A stretch of DNA of 64,000 nucleotides, taken from contig JAPEUD010000025.1 of the NCBI GenBank assembly GCA_026026165.1, forward strand, positions 124,001 to 188,000, written 5' to 3'. The translations under genes were made by a program, and so were the position numbers. The notes below the pieces were generated by a model. The model saw only the letters and a list, made by a program, of their open reading frames with translations, ran no database searches and was not told the DNA's origin. Of the stretch, positions 39,928 through 52,040 are shown piece by piece (position 1 is the stretch's first letter; every line of letters begins with the position of its first letter). This DNA comes from Sarea resinae (taxonomy: Eukaryota).

Positions 39928-40291
39928 CTAGTGGATATTCCTGATCCCAGGAGCAGCGTAGATTTCGAGTTGTCTCTCTCCCTTCCGGAGAAAATACTCG
40001 ACCGCCGCAAAGTCTTTCCGATCGACGCTGGCATGTTTACGGAACTCGGTCCTGCAAAGCACGAGCACAGAGTGTTAGCGGCTAGATGTCGGCTTGAGGG
40101 GCAGGGTGCAGTCGATACCTTGCAAATGCTGTGAAGTTTTCGCGGACATCCTGCAGTATCTATTCAGCACGAAGGGGTCTGTCAAAGATTCATTCGATGA
40201 CTTCTCGACATACAGCGGGTTTACGGCGGGCTTCTCGAAGACATCGCCGGTAGAGGGCCAAGACATCTCTCTGAAGGCCTGACAGTCTCAT
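39928..40291 (-). CDS. sdh6: Succinate dehydrogenase assembly factor 1 (SDHAF1/Sdh6, LYR family), ~77 aa; exons 40291-40214, 40150-40119, 40051-39928
   Basis: Product MRLSGLQRDVLALYRRCLREARRKPA|DVRENFTAFAR|TEFRKHASVDRKDFAAVEYFLRKGERQLEIYAAPGIRNIH*. The SGLQ..VL.LYR and DF..EY.LRKG.RQL signatures match SDHAF1. Confidence 0.9.
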
Positions 40292-40641
40292 GATGTCGCA
40301 CGGATCTATTCGAGCGAGGCGGCCAAAGGTGTGGGGATGATATGTCTGCGAAATGATATGGATAGAGGGCAAGATCAAGCAGCTGGAGCAGAAAACAAAC
40401 GGAATCCTCTAAGCTCCAGAGCTACACCGGCTCCATGTACTCTCTCACATAAATGTCTGTGCGGGATACAAGTGTCCCTCTCAAGCGCTGGAGGTTATCA
40501 GATCCCAACGGCAAATACCGAACGTCTTCATGACGCCGTTATCCTCGGCTCGGCGGGTCCTCGAACTTTACCCCAGATTTCCAAGGTTGCGGATCACTAT
40601 CTGTGCAACGACGACAATTCTGTACATCAACTGATAACAAC

Positions 40642-41821
40642 ATGGCTACATTTTCTGTAAGTTTCATCGTCCATAGGATCTACCTCAACCAGAGGAAAGC
40701 AACTTGACTGAGAAGTGCGTCTCTGGATAGCGCCTCGTTCGATTCCTTGCGAAGGACGGGCGGACTTACTACGGGGATGCGCTTCTCCCCTCGGGCGTGA
40801 CGGATATTGCAAAGACGACCCAGGCCAAGGTCATCAGAGGAGATGTCTTCGGGAAGCATGAGGTCACAGATCAGGTTGCGGTATGCTTGCCAAGCAGAAC
40901 GGCTCTGCGCCTTCCGCGATAGATGAATTGACATGAGTGTGTCTTCAGGATGTCAGGCTACTGCTGGCTCCACTGGCACGCGATGATGTCAAAACAGTGC
41001 GATGTTTGGGGCTGAATTATGAGCAGCATGCAAAGGAGGTAGGATGGCCTAGGCAGCGAACGGGGCCACAGCTTGTGCTAATGTTCACAACCAGGCGAAA
41101 ATGGCGCTGCCCAAATTTCCAGTGCTTTTCGTAAAGCCCCTCCCTCAAAGGGCAATGTCCAAATCTCCAACAAGCGCTTATTATTTTCTCAGTATAAACC
41201 TGTGACATCCCTGAGCGGTCCCTTCGACCCCATCCCCGTATCCCAGATGGCGCAAGAAGTCCCCGGTCTGGACTACGAATGTGAACTCGTCGCCATAATC
41301 GGCAAAGAAGCCTTCAATGTGCCCGAGTCCAGAGCTCTCGACTACATTATGGGTTACACTGTCGGCGATGACGTTTCGCATCGCGAATGGCAGCTCAAGC
41401 GGGGCGGTGGTCAATGGGCGCTAGGAAAGGGGTTCGATGGCTGGGCGCCCTTTGGGCCGGGCATCGTGTCATCGAGGTTCATCAAAGATCCACAAGCCTT
41501 GAACATTTACACAAAGGTCAATGGGCAGAAGGTACAGGAGTCTTCAACGAGGGATATGATTTTTGGGGTTGCGAAGACTATTGCATTTCTGTCGCAGGGC
41601 ACTACGCTGTTGCCTGGCGACATCATCTTCACTGGGACGTAAGTTGTTTTCATCCCCTTTTGGCACAACTCAGACTTATGTTTCTCAGACCGCAAGGTGT
41701 GGGATCCGGCAGATCGCCGCCGTTGTGGCTTAAAGACGGTGATATTGTTGAGGTAGGCCTCGAGGGTGTAGGGACATGCATCAACAGAGTACAATTTGAT
41801 CAGAGCAGGTCGAAGCTGTGA
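40642..41821 (+). CDS. Fumarylacetoacetate hydrolase-family protein (FAHD-like) with C-terminal PTS1 (SKL); exons 40642-40656, 40731-40880, 40949-41038, 41095-41130, 41193-41638, 41689-41821
   Basis: Motifs CLGLNYEQHAKE, PVLFYKP, LDYECELVAIIGK, GYTVGDDVSHREWQ, GKGFDGWAPFGP and TLLPGDIIFTGTPQGVG. Ends ...QSRSKL*. Confidence 0.93.
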
Positions 41822-42239
41822 GCAATCGGTAATATAGCGAAATACTTTTATACGGAATGAATACATTCATATGTATATACCTCAACCGCTTCGATCGGCC
41901 CAGATTTGAACCTTCTCTTTTGGGCGGGCACGTCACTGCACCCGGTCTCCTCGGTCTCCTCTAAATATAGCATAAAGCCTTCAACGAATCAAAATGAAAT
42001 CAAATTCTCCGAAAATACCGTTCCTCTCCTTGAACATGCTGTACCTTCTATGACTGATCACGAGTTCATTATGAAGGACATATTTGGCCAGCAATCAGCA
42101 CCGATTACCAACGCATACTCATAAATCACATCTTCGATAGCATTCACTAGAGTCTGACCCCGATATTTGATTTCACTATCTGTCTCGTTCTCTACTCTTC
42201 CCTCCCTGTACAAGCCCTTAATACTACAGCCCCTAGTCA

Positions 42240-42780
42240 TCTAATTAAGGTGCTCTCCTTCGATTTATAATGATCACCTGCCGCTACATTACGGATTTAT
42301 TTTCTATCTATTGCTCTTAGTAATAGTTAATTTTGTATAATATCTCTTCCTAGGGCCCCTAGCCCCTATGTTGCTTATACTTTTCTTTTTCTTCTTTCTC
42401 TTCCTTCTTCTTCTCTTCTTGTTACTATAGAGAAACCCCTAAAAAGGAGCTGCAATAAATTAGCTACTAAACACTACCTTTTAACATTCCTAACCTAATT
42501 AATATAGTAACTCTTCTTATCTCTGTCTACCTTATTGTTAGGAAGCTAAAAGTTTGTATCTCCCTTTATATTATCTAAACAACAAATAAGTAAAGTCTAT
42601 CTTTAGATAGGTAATTAATGTAAGTATTAACTATCTAGTCAGAATCTATAGAGGATGTTTTTATCTAGATATTTTTACTATAGTTCTACATATTAACCTG
42701 ATATACACCTCCTATAGTTGCAATCAAGTTTTGATTTTCTAATCTTTTATTGAACATAGAATTACTACGTGCAGCTAGCT
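42240..42780. other. AT-rich, TpA-enriched degenerate segment (RIP-like relic of a repeat or gene)
   Basis: GC drops abruptly relative to the flanks, TA dinucleotides are dense, and there is no ORF. A purine/pyrimidine tract lies at 42380-42420. Confidence 0.5.
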
Positions 42781-45700
42781 AGTCTACAGAGCGATATTTG
42801 TCCTTGGTCATGCTGCAGAGAGAGTTAGCATTTCCTTCGTCATACACTATTGGTCTTTCCTTATAGGAGTAGTAAGACACATATCTGGAGAAGTCCTGGC
42901 AAATCACCTAAAGAGGAACGACCGCAGTCCCGAGTCGGGTCTGGTTGAAACCCAGCCGGACGGACGCCGCTATACACTTACTTGCCTTAGACTGTTGACT
43001 TGTGCAACCGAGCGGAGAGCGGCGAGGAGACAAGGATAGAAGCGGTGAGATGAGGCATACGCAGTATATGAGCCACCTACTATTGTAGAGTGTAGATTGA
43101 CCTATGTAACTTTTACTGTACGTACAATGTTCGGATGAAGTGCTTAGCTGAATGAGAGCGAGATAATCGGAGAAGAGAGTGAAGATGGAGAGGATGAATG
43201 GGAACCAGTCGATAGCCGGATAAGCGGGTGCGCTCTACTTTACATGTATCTGGCGGATGGTGAACCTTTGTGATCTTCAGGACCTCGATACCAGGACTCG
43301 GATCATAACGACAAAAGCAAACACGTTACCAATGAACCGAAAGACACCTTCCAATCTGACACCGCGTGGACCTCGATGCCAAGCTCCGATCCAGACGTCT
43401 CTGAAGCTAGTAATTAATACGAAGATTCTCGTTGTCTCTCTAAGGAATTCTTTACTGTAATTAATCTCGTGAATGAGGAAAGTTTGGTCTCCACCGCCCA
43501 TCTTCGTCCGTTTTGTTCATCCGATCCGGCATCCAAAGAGTACATCTATAGAATCAGAAGTATACGATACTTGAGGCAGGCGTACTCGTATGCGACAGAA
43601 GGATTTCTCTCGCGAACGCTTAATAGAGAGCTTGGGTGAAACATAGAGGACACTTGAGTTATCGTCGCCAGGATGTTGGCTTCCTTGATTTGATTACTGT
43701 GGAGGTCTTGATGCCCAAAGGTATGACCTTCATTACCACCGTCCGAATGAAGATCTGCATTGTCATACACCAGGGGCAAGAATCAAAGGCAGAACGTAAG
43801 CAAACAGCGATAGAACTGAAACTAAACAGCATAAAGACGGGCGATTCAGAGTGTTCTCTTAGAGTACTCCAAATGTAGAGTAGAAATACAAAGACAGCTA
43901 ACATAGGGGCCCTTGGGGTTAGAGAGGAGCTATGACTGGTTGATCTTCATTGTTATAAGTGCTATGGTTATTAGATGGTGGAGGAGCAACGAGTATAAGC
44001 AAGCTGCTCCCTGAAGTGGACTGAGGACAGAGACGAGCTTCTAGAAAGTCAGCAATAAGTAAGCAAGCCACGCCGTGACCAAGGAAACTTTCGTCCCCAC
44101 TCCACCACTGCTCCGTACATAGTCGTCATGTCTGGCGGTAGGATCAATATTATCCTATGTGATCAACTCATTGGCGTCAGGCTTTGTCGAGTCAGATTAG
44201 GATAAATGATAGAACGCTTACGGCTTCCGCAGAGATGATGTGTCCCTATATATTTGCTACATTTTCAGCCAGAGGTCTATAAAGTAGTATGAATTGGTGA
44301 AGTACTGGGTAGTACTCTTCTTAGCAGCAAGACAGATGGTCGAGTCGTGTTGTGTTGAATTAGCATCGCGCAGATGCTATTACTCGACAAGAGTACGGTA
44401 CTTTGTACGTCAACACCTAATCTTAAGATGCGGTGCGTAAGGCGGGCGGAGCACCACGGCCAGGCTAAAGGAGACGCTAAAGCCAAAGGCGCCGATGGCG
44501 CGGTACAGGTTCAATCGCCGGTCGAGGAATGCCACAAGTCGAAACGGGCGGCAGGAGAAAGCCGAGCCACGGGCTGCGCAGCCGAGGTGGCACCAGCCCT
44601 TCCGACGTGTGGAGACGAACCCTGAGCAGAACAAGAAGACTAATGAGACGAGGATCAGCCGTGACAAGGATTAAGGATTCAATGGATGAGGTGGTCGGTC
44701 ATGGACTCTGTACGGTAGTTGAAAATGGGACAATATCGTGTTGAAGAGTACTGAGTACTCCGCAGTACAGTGTACTCCCAAGCTGCTCTACAGTAGCACC
44801 AAGCTCATTAGGTAGGTATGGTAGTCTAGGCTACAGCCCAGGCGCTGAAAGGGTCTTGAAGGTTGCAGATGCTTGTTAAGGCATGATGACGACCCACATA
44901 GCCCCACGACGTCACTACCTGACCTTAAGGTACTTACCTTAGGTACCAGGGCAGGGAACATGGATAAGCCGAGTACACGGCCACCTACGGGTACCTAGGA
45001 AGGTACGAGGTAGGTATGGATGTACTCTAATTTAGAGAGACACGAGTAGAGTAGAAAGTACCTTCTCTTACTTTCCCTTACCTAGAGAAAGGTACCGTAC
45101 CTATATCCCTCGGGCTGTAAGGCGTCAAACAGAGGGCATCTCTATCTGCTAAGGCAACACGGCGAACTTTAGGAGTTGAAGAACAGTACTTTGCTTTGGG
45201 GTGATGTGATTGAGACTGATCGATACTGATAGTTGATGTTGATAATGGTGATGATAGTGGTAACGGTCATGTAAGTGCTACATCGTAAGTACCTGCTGCG
45301 TATCTTCGCCGAGAATGTGGCCGAAGTAGGAAGACAACCTTAAGTACAGTCTACCTCCGAATTGCTGAGAGCCCTGAAGGACTCTATCTGTTCCCTAGGA
45401 ACAGTTGGAACTCAGTTTCGACGACACGACTCCTCACTGTCCTGCTGTTTCCCTGGTGTGAACCCTTGACCCGATAACGGAAATTACCGAAGACTAAAAT
45501 CCGCACATGAAACGCTTGATCTGCTGTCAAGGCTAGGGGGGCTCAGCCATTGCAAGGAGACGATCATGCGCAGAAAATTGCAGTAGCCTAAACCAGTGGT
45601 ACCGATCTGTTCCCCTTCCCTCTTGGCGCAAACCTTCCTTTTTTTTCGCGGGATTAGTAAAGAAAAGGGTGGGGTGAGAAGGCTAGGCGCGCGAAACGAA

Positions 45701-46148
45701 TTGCCGCTTTGGTGGCATTGCAATTCCAACAACTGCCGACCAACGAAGTCTTTTTGTTTCGGTCGGGCGTATGTTTAAAGGATGTTCATGCTTCTCCAGG
45801 CAGGCGCCTCACATTCATATCCTGACGAAGTGTCGCGCATGTGTATTCGATCTCTCTGTCGTAGGTTGGATTTGTAAACCCTGTAGTCGTTTGAAGTTCT
45901 AATGTGCGACACCTCAGAAGAAATGAATTCAATAGACACAACACATCTAAGATATGCAGAGTGAATGAGATAATATGATACGTGAAATGTGATACAAGTC
46001 TTGTACCGCTAGCAAGGTAGCGACTCCTGAACGCCGATGACGATAGGCAGACCCAAATCTGGGCGTAAAGGTCATCGTAGATAGCCAACAACGCGAAGAA
46101 CGCCTGGAATTGAACAAAGGGCCAAGCAAAGACCATGATGGTCAATGA

Positions 46149-48025
46149 TCAAGGTGGCTTGTCTTTGCCTTCCTCAGCCAGTCTTCCCGCGTGTAGGAGT
46201 ATTGCCAGAGGTGATGGTTGTCGAGAATCTTGTAACGGATCTTGTGACGATGAGACTGGTTGAAGCCTCGCGGGGGGCGGATGGAACATTTCATTCGTTT
46301 GAGATCGGAATGGAGGAGTATTGTCGGGAGATGATTGAGGATGCTGGTAGCCAAAGCGAGGCACAGATGGTTGAGCTTTAAGTGGAGGATGGACGAAAAG
46401 AGGTGGCTGATCCGAGTAATCGGAATATCCATCCCCGCTACCTGGTGAAGGTTGGGGGGGAGGTAGTGATCGACGTATCTTCCCCTGCTCAATGGACATC
46501 AATGGAGGCAAGACCGCCCCTGATGAGCCCGCACTATTGACCGACGGCAAAGAAGAAATAGACGATAGAGAAGTGTCTTCATGTCTGAGGCTTGGAGGCT
46601 GTTGAGGTGAAGCCTGGTACGACCTTCTCGGCGGAAAGCTTCCATCCCAAGATGACTCGCTTGCTGGAGTGCTGACCTGGTCGTTTCTTCGGCCTCGCTC
46701 TTCAACAGGTAGGATCCTTGGGAATTGTTGACTCCTTGGAGGGATATCAAAATATCCATCTTCGGCCGCCTCATTCGCAGCTGAATCGCGATTGACTGGA
46801 CGAGCTAATGCCTGTCCTGGATCACTCGTAGCCGGCAGCGAGGAAGTAGGATTTGGAGCTGGCGAGGATTTATCGATGTCCATAGATGGACCCAGCAGCA
46901 TTGGTTGCGGTGGTGATAGATACCCGCCAATGGCCGAATTTGCCCTGTTTGATCCTATGGAGTCGGCCTTACTCCGCCCAGTAGGGAGTCCTTGAATGGC
47001 TGTTTGGCTCGTAGTACTCCCGCCGCTGGCACTGCTATTAGTGCTGGGCATTTGACGAAGCTTTGGCCGTTTCCCCTCTATGGCGTTTATGTTAATATCG
47101 GAGTAGACCGTGCCCCACCGCTGTCTCTTACCTGTCTGCTGGGCGACCTGTTTAGCCTTGAAGTCAGCCAGATATTGCGCATACTCCCGGTAGCTATCCG
47201 TCTCCTTGTACTCTGCTAGCTCGGCATTGTAACGATCTTTTGCTGCAGCCGCTTGGCGCTCAAAAGGTTCACGCTCTTCTGGCGTCAGGACTTGCCATCG
47301 TTCGCCGACTCGTTTTGCAATATCGGTGAACGACAGCTCCTCGCCCTTGAGCTCTTCTCGTATACCTATATGGTGATTAATGAATCATATTCGGTAAACA
47401 ATACAACGTTGAATCTTACTATTGGAGAATATAACGTAGGCCGAAGGGGGTCTTTCGGGTGCGTTCTCATCAGGCTATAATGATGATTATCAATAAGCGT
47501 TGTGCGCGGAGATATAAGTCACTGTTGGAACTTCGCGGCTGTCCTTGAGTGAACGGTCTGTTGATAAAACTTACTTTAGGGTGTCGTCTATACTTTCGTT
47601 TACCGGCGTTTCCGGAACCTCGAGCACCGAGCCCTTTATTAGCCCCTGACTTGTCTTCTGGCTCGACACTACGGTGATCGTCACTCGGTGTAAGTCGAGA
47701 GGGTGAGTTCAAATTAGGATCGTTCGATGGAGCACGAGATTCGGCAATTGCGCGTTGTAATTTCTATAACAAATTGTGAGCAGGGCCCCTAGGTGACTCG
47801 CAGACATAGACCGTACCCTACGATGGCCAAGTTTGACATTCAAGGCCTCCCTAGTAGAAGTATATTGTAAGCCTGGGACAGATGCTTGGGGTGAACAAGA
47901 ACAGCATACAAATCAGACTCGGTAATATCTAGGACAGTCTCCCATGTCTCAAAGCCCTCGGCAAGAAAGCTACCTAGGTATTGAGCAATCCCTAGCCGCG
48001 CGAAGATTGGTCCCAGCTCCGTCAT
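46149..48025 (-). CDS. SAM-domain plus HMG-box transcription regulator; exons 48025-47910, 47850-47817, 47763-47575, 47474-47420, 47365-47132, 47077-46149
   Basis: SAM-like segment LGIAQYLGSFLAEGFETWETVLDITESDL|EALNVKLGHRR|KLQRAI. HMG box KRKYRRHPK|PDENAPERPPSAYVIFSN...LSFTDIAKRVGERWQVL...KDRYNAELAEYK. Low-complexity Ser/Pro tail. Confidence 0.9.
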
Positions 48026-51000
48026 GAACAAGTGGTGTCAGTGGTGATATGTGGTTAGAGTCCAGCTTGATTCTGTTAAGAGATGAAGACGATCCGAAAA
48101 GCGCAGTCGCGTGCTTAATATATAAAAGAAATTTACGATCCTTCAGAACGTTTATTATGAGCTGTGTTGGAAACCTCGAGCTTGGGGAGCACCAGGCTCG
48201 CCCTTCGGCAGCAGTTGGCGAAGATCGTTTGATCGTTGATCCGATCGGCAATGCGTGTAAAGCCGGTGGAATGACAGCACAGTATGGTGCCAAGTATAAG
48301 GACAGGACATGAATGTAAAACGATGACACGACGAGAGCGCAAGGTCTTTGGAAATACACTGAGATTTTGCTGTCGCGTACAGCTTTCGGCTATAACACTG
48401 CCATTGTCAGTGAAGAATTACAACTATGAAAGCAGCGAATGATCGCATAAGAATTAGGTTTGGCCAACGATTCCGCGATTCGACTCAAACGCCCGAGCAA
48501 ACGTATTGAGCTCGCGAACCGCGTTGATCCAAAGCAGAATTTCGGTTGGGAAAGGTAGGCTTGGACTATCTTACCGCAGAGACGAATTGTCTCGATTTTC
48601 CAATGCGCCTCAGTATTCCTTCTATCTAACGACTCGAGTCAGGCCGGTTTGCCGCGTATGTATCTCCTGTCGCGCGATCAACGCTCTAGTTGTGAGCGAT
48701 AACGAGGCACTCAAGTTGTGTTGTGGGGGCTTGATTGTCTGTAAGATCGAAGAAATATCGATAGCCGGTCCGAGTTTTCGAAGTCCACCTGGGCAGTTCC
48801 TGAGAGACAATCTTGTAGTAAGGTGTAAAGAGCAGGCTCGATAGTGGGACAGCCTATTGCGGGAGGGTCCGGGCAGCCAGCTTTGCTGAGAACAATCCTT
48901 CTCTTCACCCAGGCGATCACCTCAACGACGAGGTAAGGCAATGATACGCAAAGATGGGAACCTTTGTTGACGGAAGAATGCTTGGGGACCGAGATATGGC
49001 AAAGAAGAGAATTCGATCGCTAAAGAGGCATGCACGGGATTAGGTTGTTGGCTTGGGACTGGGACAGATAAAAGGAGAGATTCTAGAATCGCATCAGTTG
49101 GCAAGCATGAGATGGAGGGTTCTGTCTCGAGATCATTGGATGCTGGAGCAGAATCCGAATCCGACGTACCTGAACTTAAAGACGCCAATTACAAGTGAAA
49201 AAAAGAAGTGGCTCTGTTGCTTGGTGCCACAGTGTACAACGACTAGAAGGGCAAGAACTACTGGCAAGGAAAGTGACGGTGACGGCAAGAGTGAAGTTTC
49301 AAACCGCAAGAGCAGTTACGAGTTACCCTTCTTCCCTCTTGGCATCCACTGACTGGAAGAGTACGGAAGACGAGACGACTGACATGTGGTACCCGCCTAG
49401 GATCCTCCGGTACAAGGATGTCAGAGGTTCTGGGTACTTCGTGCAAGTACTGGGTACATGTGCCCGAGTCGCCCGTGGATAAGGTAGAGTACTCTGAGTA
49501 GGTACCTACTCGGTAGATCGCTTGAGGGATCCCCGGCCTCTATCTTCTCTACCAGTGATCAGATCTTCCCATCGAGTACGTGCCCGGGTTGGCCATTGGG
49601 CCGCGGTTTCTCCCCCCCTCCCCTCCCTTCCCCCAGAAGTACTCCGCTTGGTGCGTACTCTTTGAGGCGAGAGAGAGCACTGATCAATGATGAACCTTCG
49701 TAGGCTAGGTACTCAGCAGTAGCGTGAGCAGAGAACAGCCGGAGACAGCCTGAGTACTAATTGAGCTAAGGTTGAGCATGGCCCAACCCTTTGACCTTCT
49801 CTGAAGCGGGGGCGACTAGTGGACTAGGTCCTTGGTCACTTTGATACTCGATTCGAGATGACTGCTTTGATCCATATGAGACGATACTTTCCAGGCTGGT
49901 CGGTGTGATCAGTACTTCGTACCTTGACAGAGAGGTAGCAGGGTGCGAGTACGGAGTAGTACGAGGTTATAGCGGACTGAAAAGGAGCCCTGGGGCGAAA
50001 AGAAAGCAAAAAAAGGTTGCTGGGCCTAGTCGCTCTACCTAGAGTAGAGTAGGTAGGTGAGGAGCCTACCTGTACGAAGTATACATGTAGTAGTGTGTGG
50101 AATCCAATGGATTCTGAATCATAGAGATCCCATCGATCCGTTCAGATGTCCGCCCCTCCCCGTGATTCTTCGATGCATTGAATCGTGTACTCATAGATAC
50201 AGATAGTACCATACATCCATAGTACCTTGGTCATACGTAAGGCCGATCAAATGTCATTGCCCGCACGCGATCGCTGCGCATAACCTCGATCGCGAAGGTT
50301 CAAGTGAGTACCTACCTACTCATAGTACTCGCAGCAGTCCGACGTGGACGTCACCGGCACCCGCGACAGAGTCTAAGAAGGGTCGCGCCTTAGATCCAGC
50401 ATGCTTTCGCTTCATTCTTGTGTTCGGATCAAAAGGCTCACTAAAGCACTCGGTGGGGGATGTCATGGGACGTTCTCTGATCGCGGAGGGGCAGCGCTTC
50501 TTCCACCAAGATATTGTGATGGCGGCCCACTCGTTTGAATCAGTCCACGCGTGAAAGGTCACAGTGAATGGAACGACCAGATGTCCTCCCAGAGGTGTGG
50601 AAGATTTGTAGCTTGGTTGAGGTAGGGTTCGATCTGTTGCAGGTACGTTGGTCGAGCTTACCAGGTGAGATATGTAGGCATAACAGAGCAGGTTTTGAAC
50701 GGACTTGGTCGATATACATTTGCCATAAAGAGATTCTGATCAGTTTGGGATCGGTATTCTAATATCTGGTCATGATTCGCAGCCTTTCGCTCTGTTTGGA
50801 GACGCAAGAGGCTTCCGGATCCGCTATCTACCAATGAAGTCATCGGATGAGAAGCCATCATGTCAGATAAGCGAGAAAACAAGTAGCTCTATGGAGTACC
50901 ATTACTTTACACGTTTTGATGTATGTACTTTGAAAAGAGTAGGGTAAGGTAAGGTAACTACTAGTAATGGACAGTAAAGTGACTGTTGGTAGGTAGCAGT

Positions 51001-51559
51001 CCTGACAATATCCTTGAAGACATTGTAAGCTCTTGCCCTTGAGTATTAGGTGGCCAGATGAGGAGTAAAGCGAAGGAGCTGATTCCTTTAGGAACAATGC
51101 GTAGATATTCTGAGGGAAGGCAGTAGGAAGGTACCCCCTTATATACCTTACATAGTAGTACTCCATCTGTAGCCTCGTGGCTTATCCATGCATACGGTAG
51201 GCAAGGTACCTTAGGGACTCTATCTATCTTAGGTAGGTAGGTACCTAGGCACTTAGCACGGGCATGGCCCAAGGACCCCTCGCCTCAGGTCTTCTCATGC
51301 TTAAGGACCAAAGATCGAGAATTCGAAAGCCTATTTGCACCCATCAAGCCCAGAAACGCAGGGGTTGGAATCGTCTATCAGCACTTCGCGTGGCCGCAAC
51401 CTGTCTGTCTGCGTTAGCTGAACTGAAGACCACGCAGTAAAATTATCTACCACGTTTTATATGGAAAATTGGTATATCCACAGGGCTTGTATCAACCATC
51501 ATCCTCGCATCCTCGTCGCTAAATAAAGAACTCGGCGCCGTTCCCGAAAGGTTTGATCT

Positions 51560-52040
51560 ATGCCGTCAAAGGAAGAGGGACAGGGGCGCTCTAACGGCTC
51601 AGGAGAGCCCGAGCTTGCGCAAGTGAGTTGCAGTTCACCCTTTACCGTACATACTTGCATGTCCCACGGAAATCTAGATTGACTGGCTTCTAGGCTTTTG
51701 AAGATCTTGCGAGGTATGTGGTTGATAGTTCCAATCTTCGTAACAGTCCTGTGCGGGTATCACATTGGCGCCAATCAGCTACTAGGCCTATGAGGATATT
51801 GAGCCGTGTACCCATGCAAGTTCGAAGGTGTTCAAGTTCTAATTGTTGATTCCTTTCTATAGGGGTGATAGGACGGCCGCGGCTCTCGAGAACCGCTTAA
51901 GTTCTCTCGAGCGCCGAATTGATGATTTGCTTGCGACTGTAGATAGAGATCCCGAGGTCGAGGATGAGGTCTATATCAGAGGTGTGAAAACTGCCCCTGG
52001 TGAAGGTACTGGCGGAGAGTCCCAATCCGAGAAGCCTTAG
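51560..52040 (+). CDS. Small coiled-coil hypothetical protein (~86 aa); exons 51560-51622, 51694-51713, 51863-52040
   Basis: Product MPSKEEGQGRSNGSGEPELAQ|AFEDLAR|GDRTAAALENRLSSLERRIDDLLATVD... Donors are GTGAGT and GTATGT, acceptors are TAG, and phases are consistent. Heptad pattern L-x6-L-x6-L. Confidence 0.75.

Noticed and set aside
44277..44744. Cluster of short ORFs on both strands
   Set aside because: No consistent ATG or splice structure and no recognisable motif.
23535..50640. GGTTCGA T-loop-like motifs (about 23535, 27727, 50626) as possible tRNAs
   Set aside because: No acceptor stem, D-arm or anticodon arm could be folded around them.
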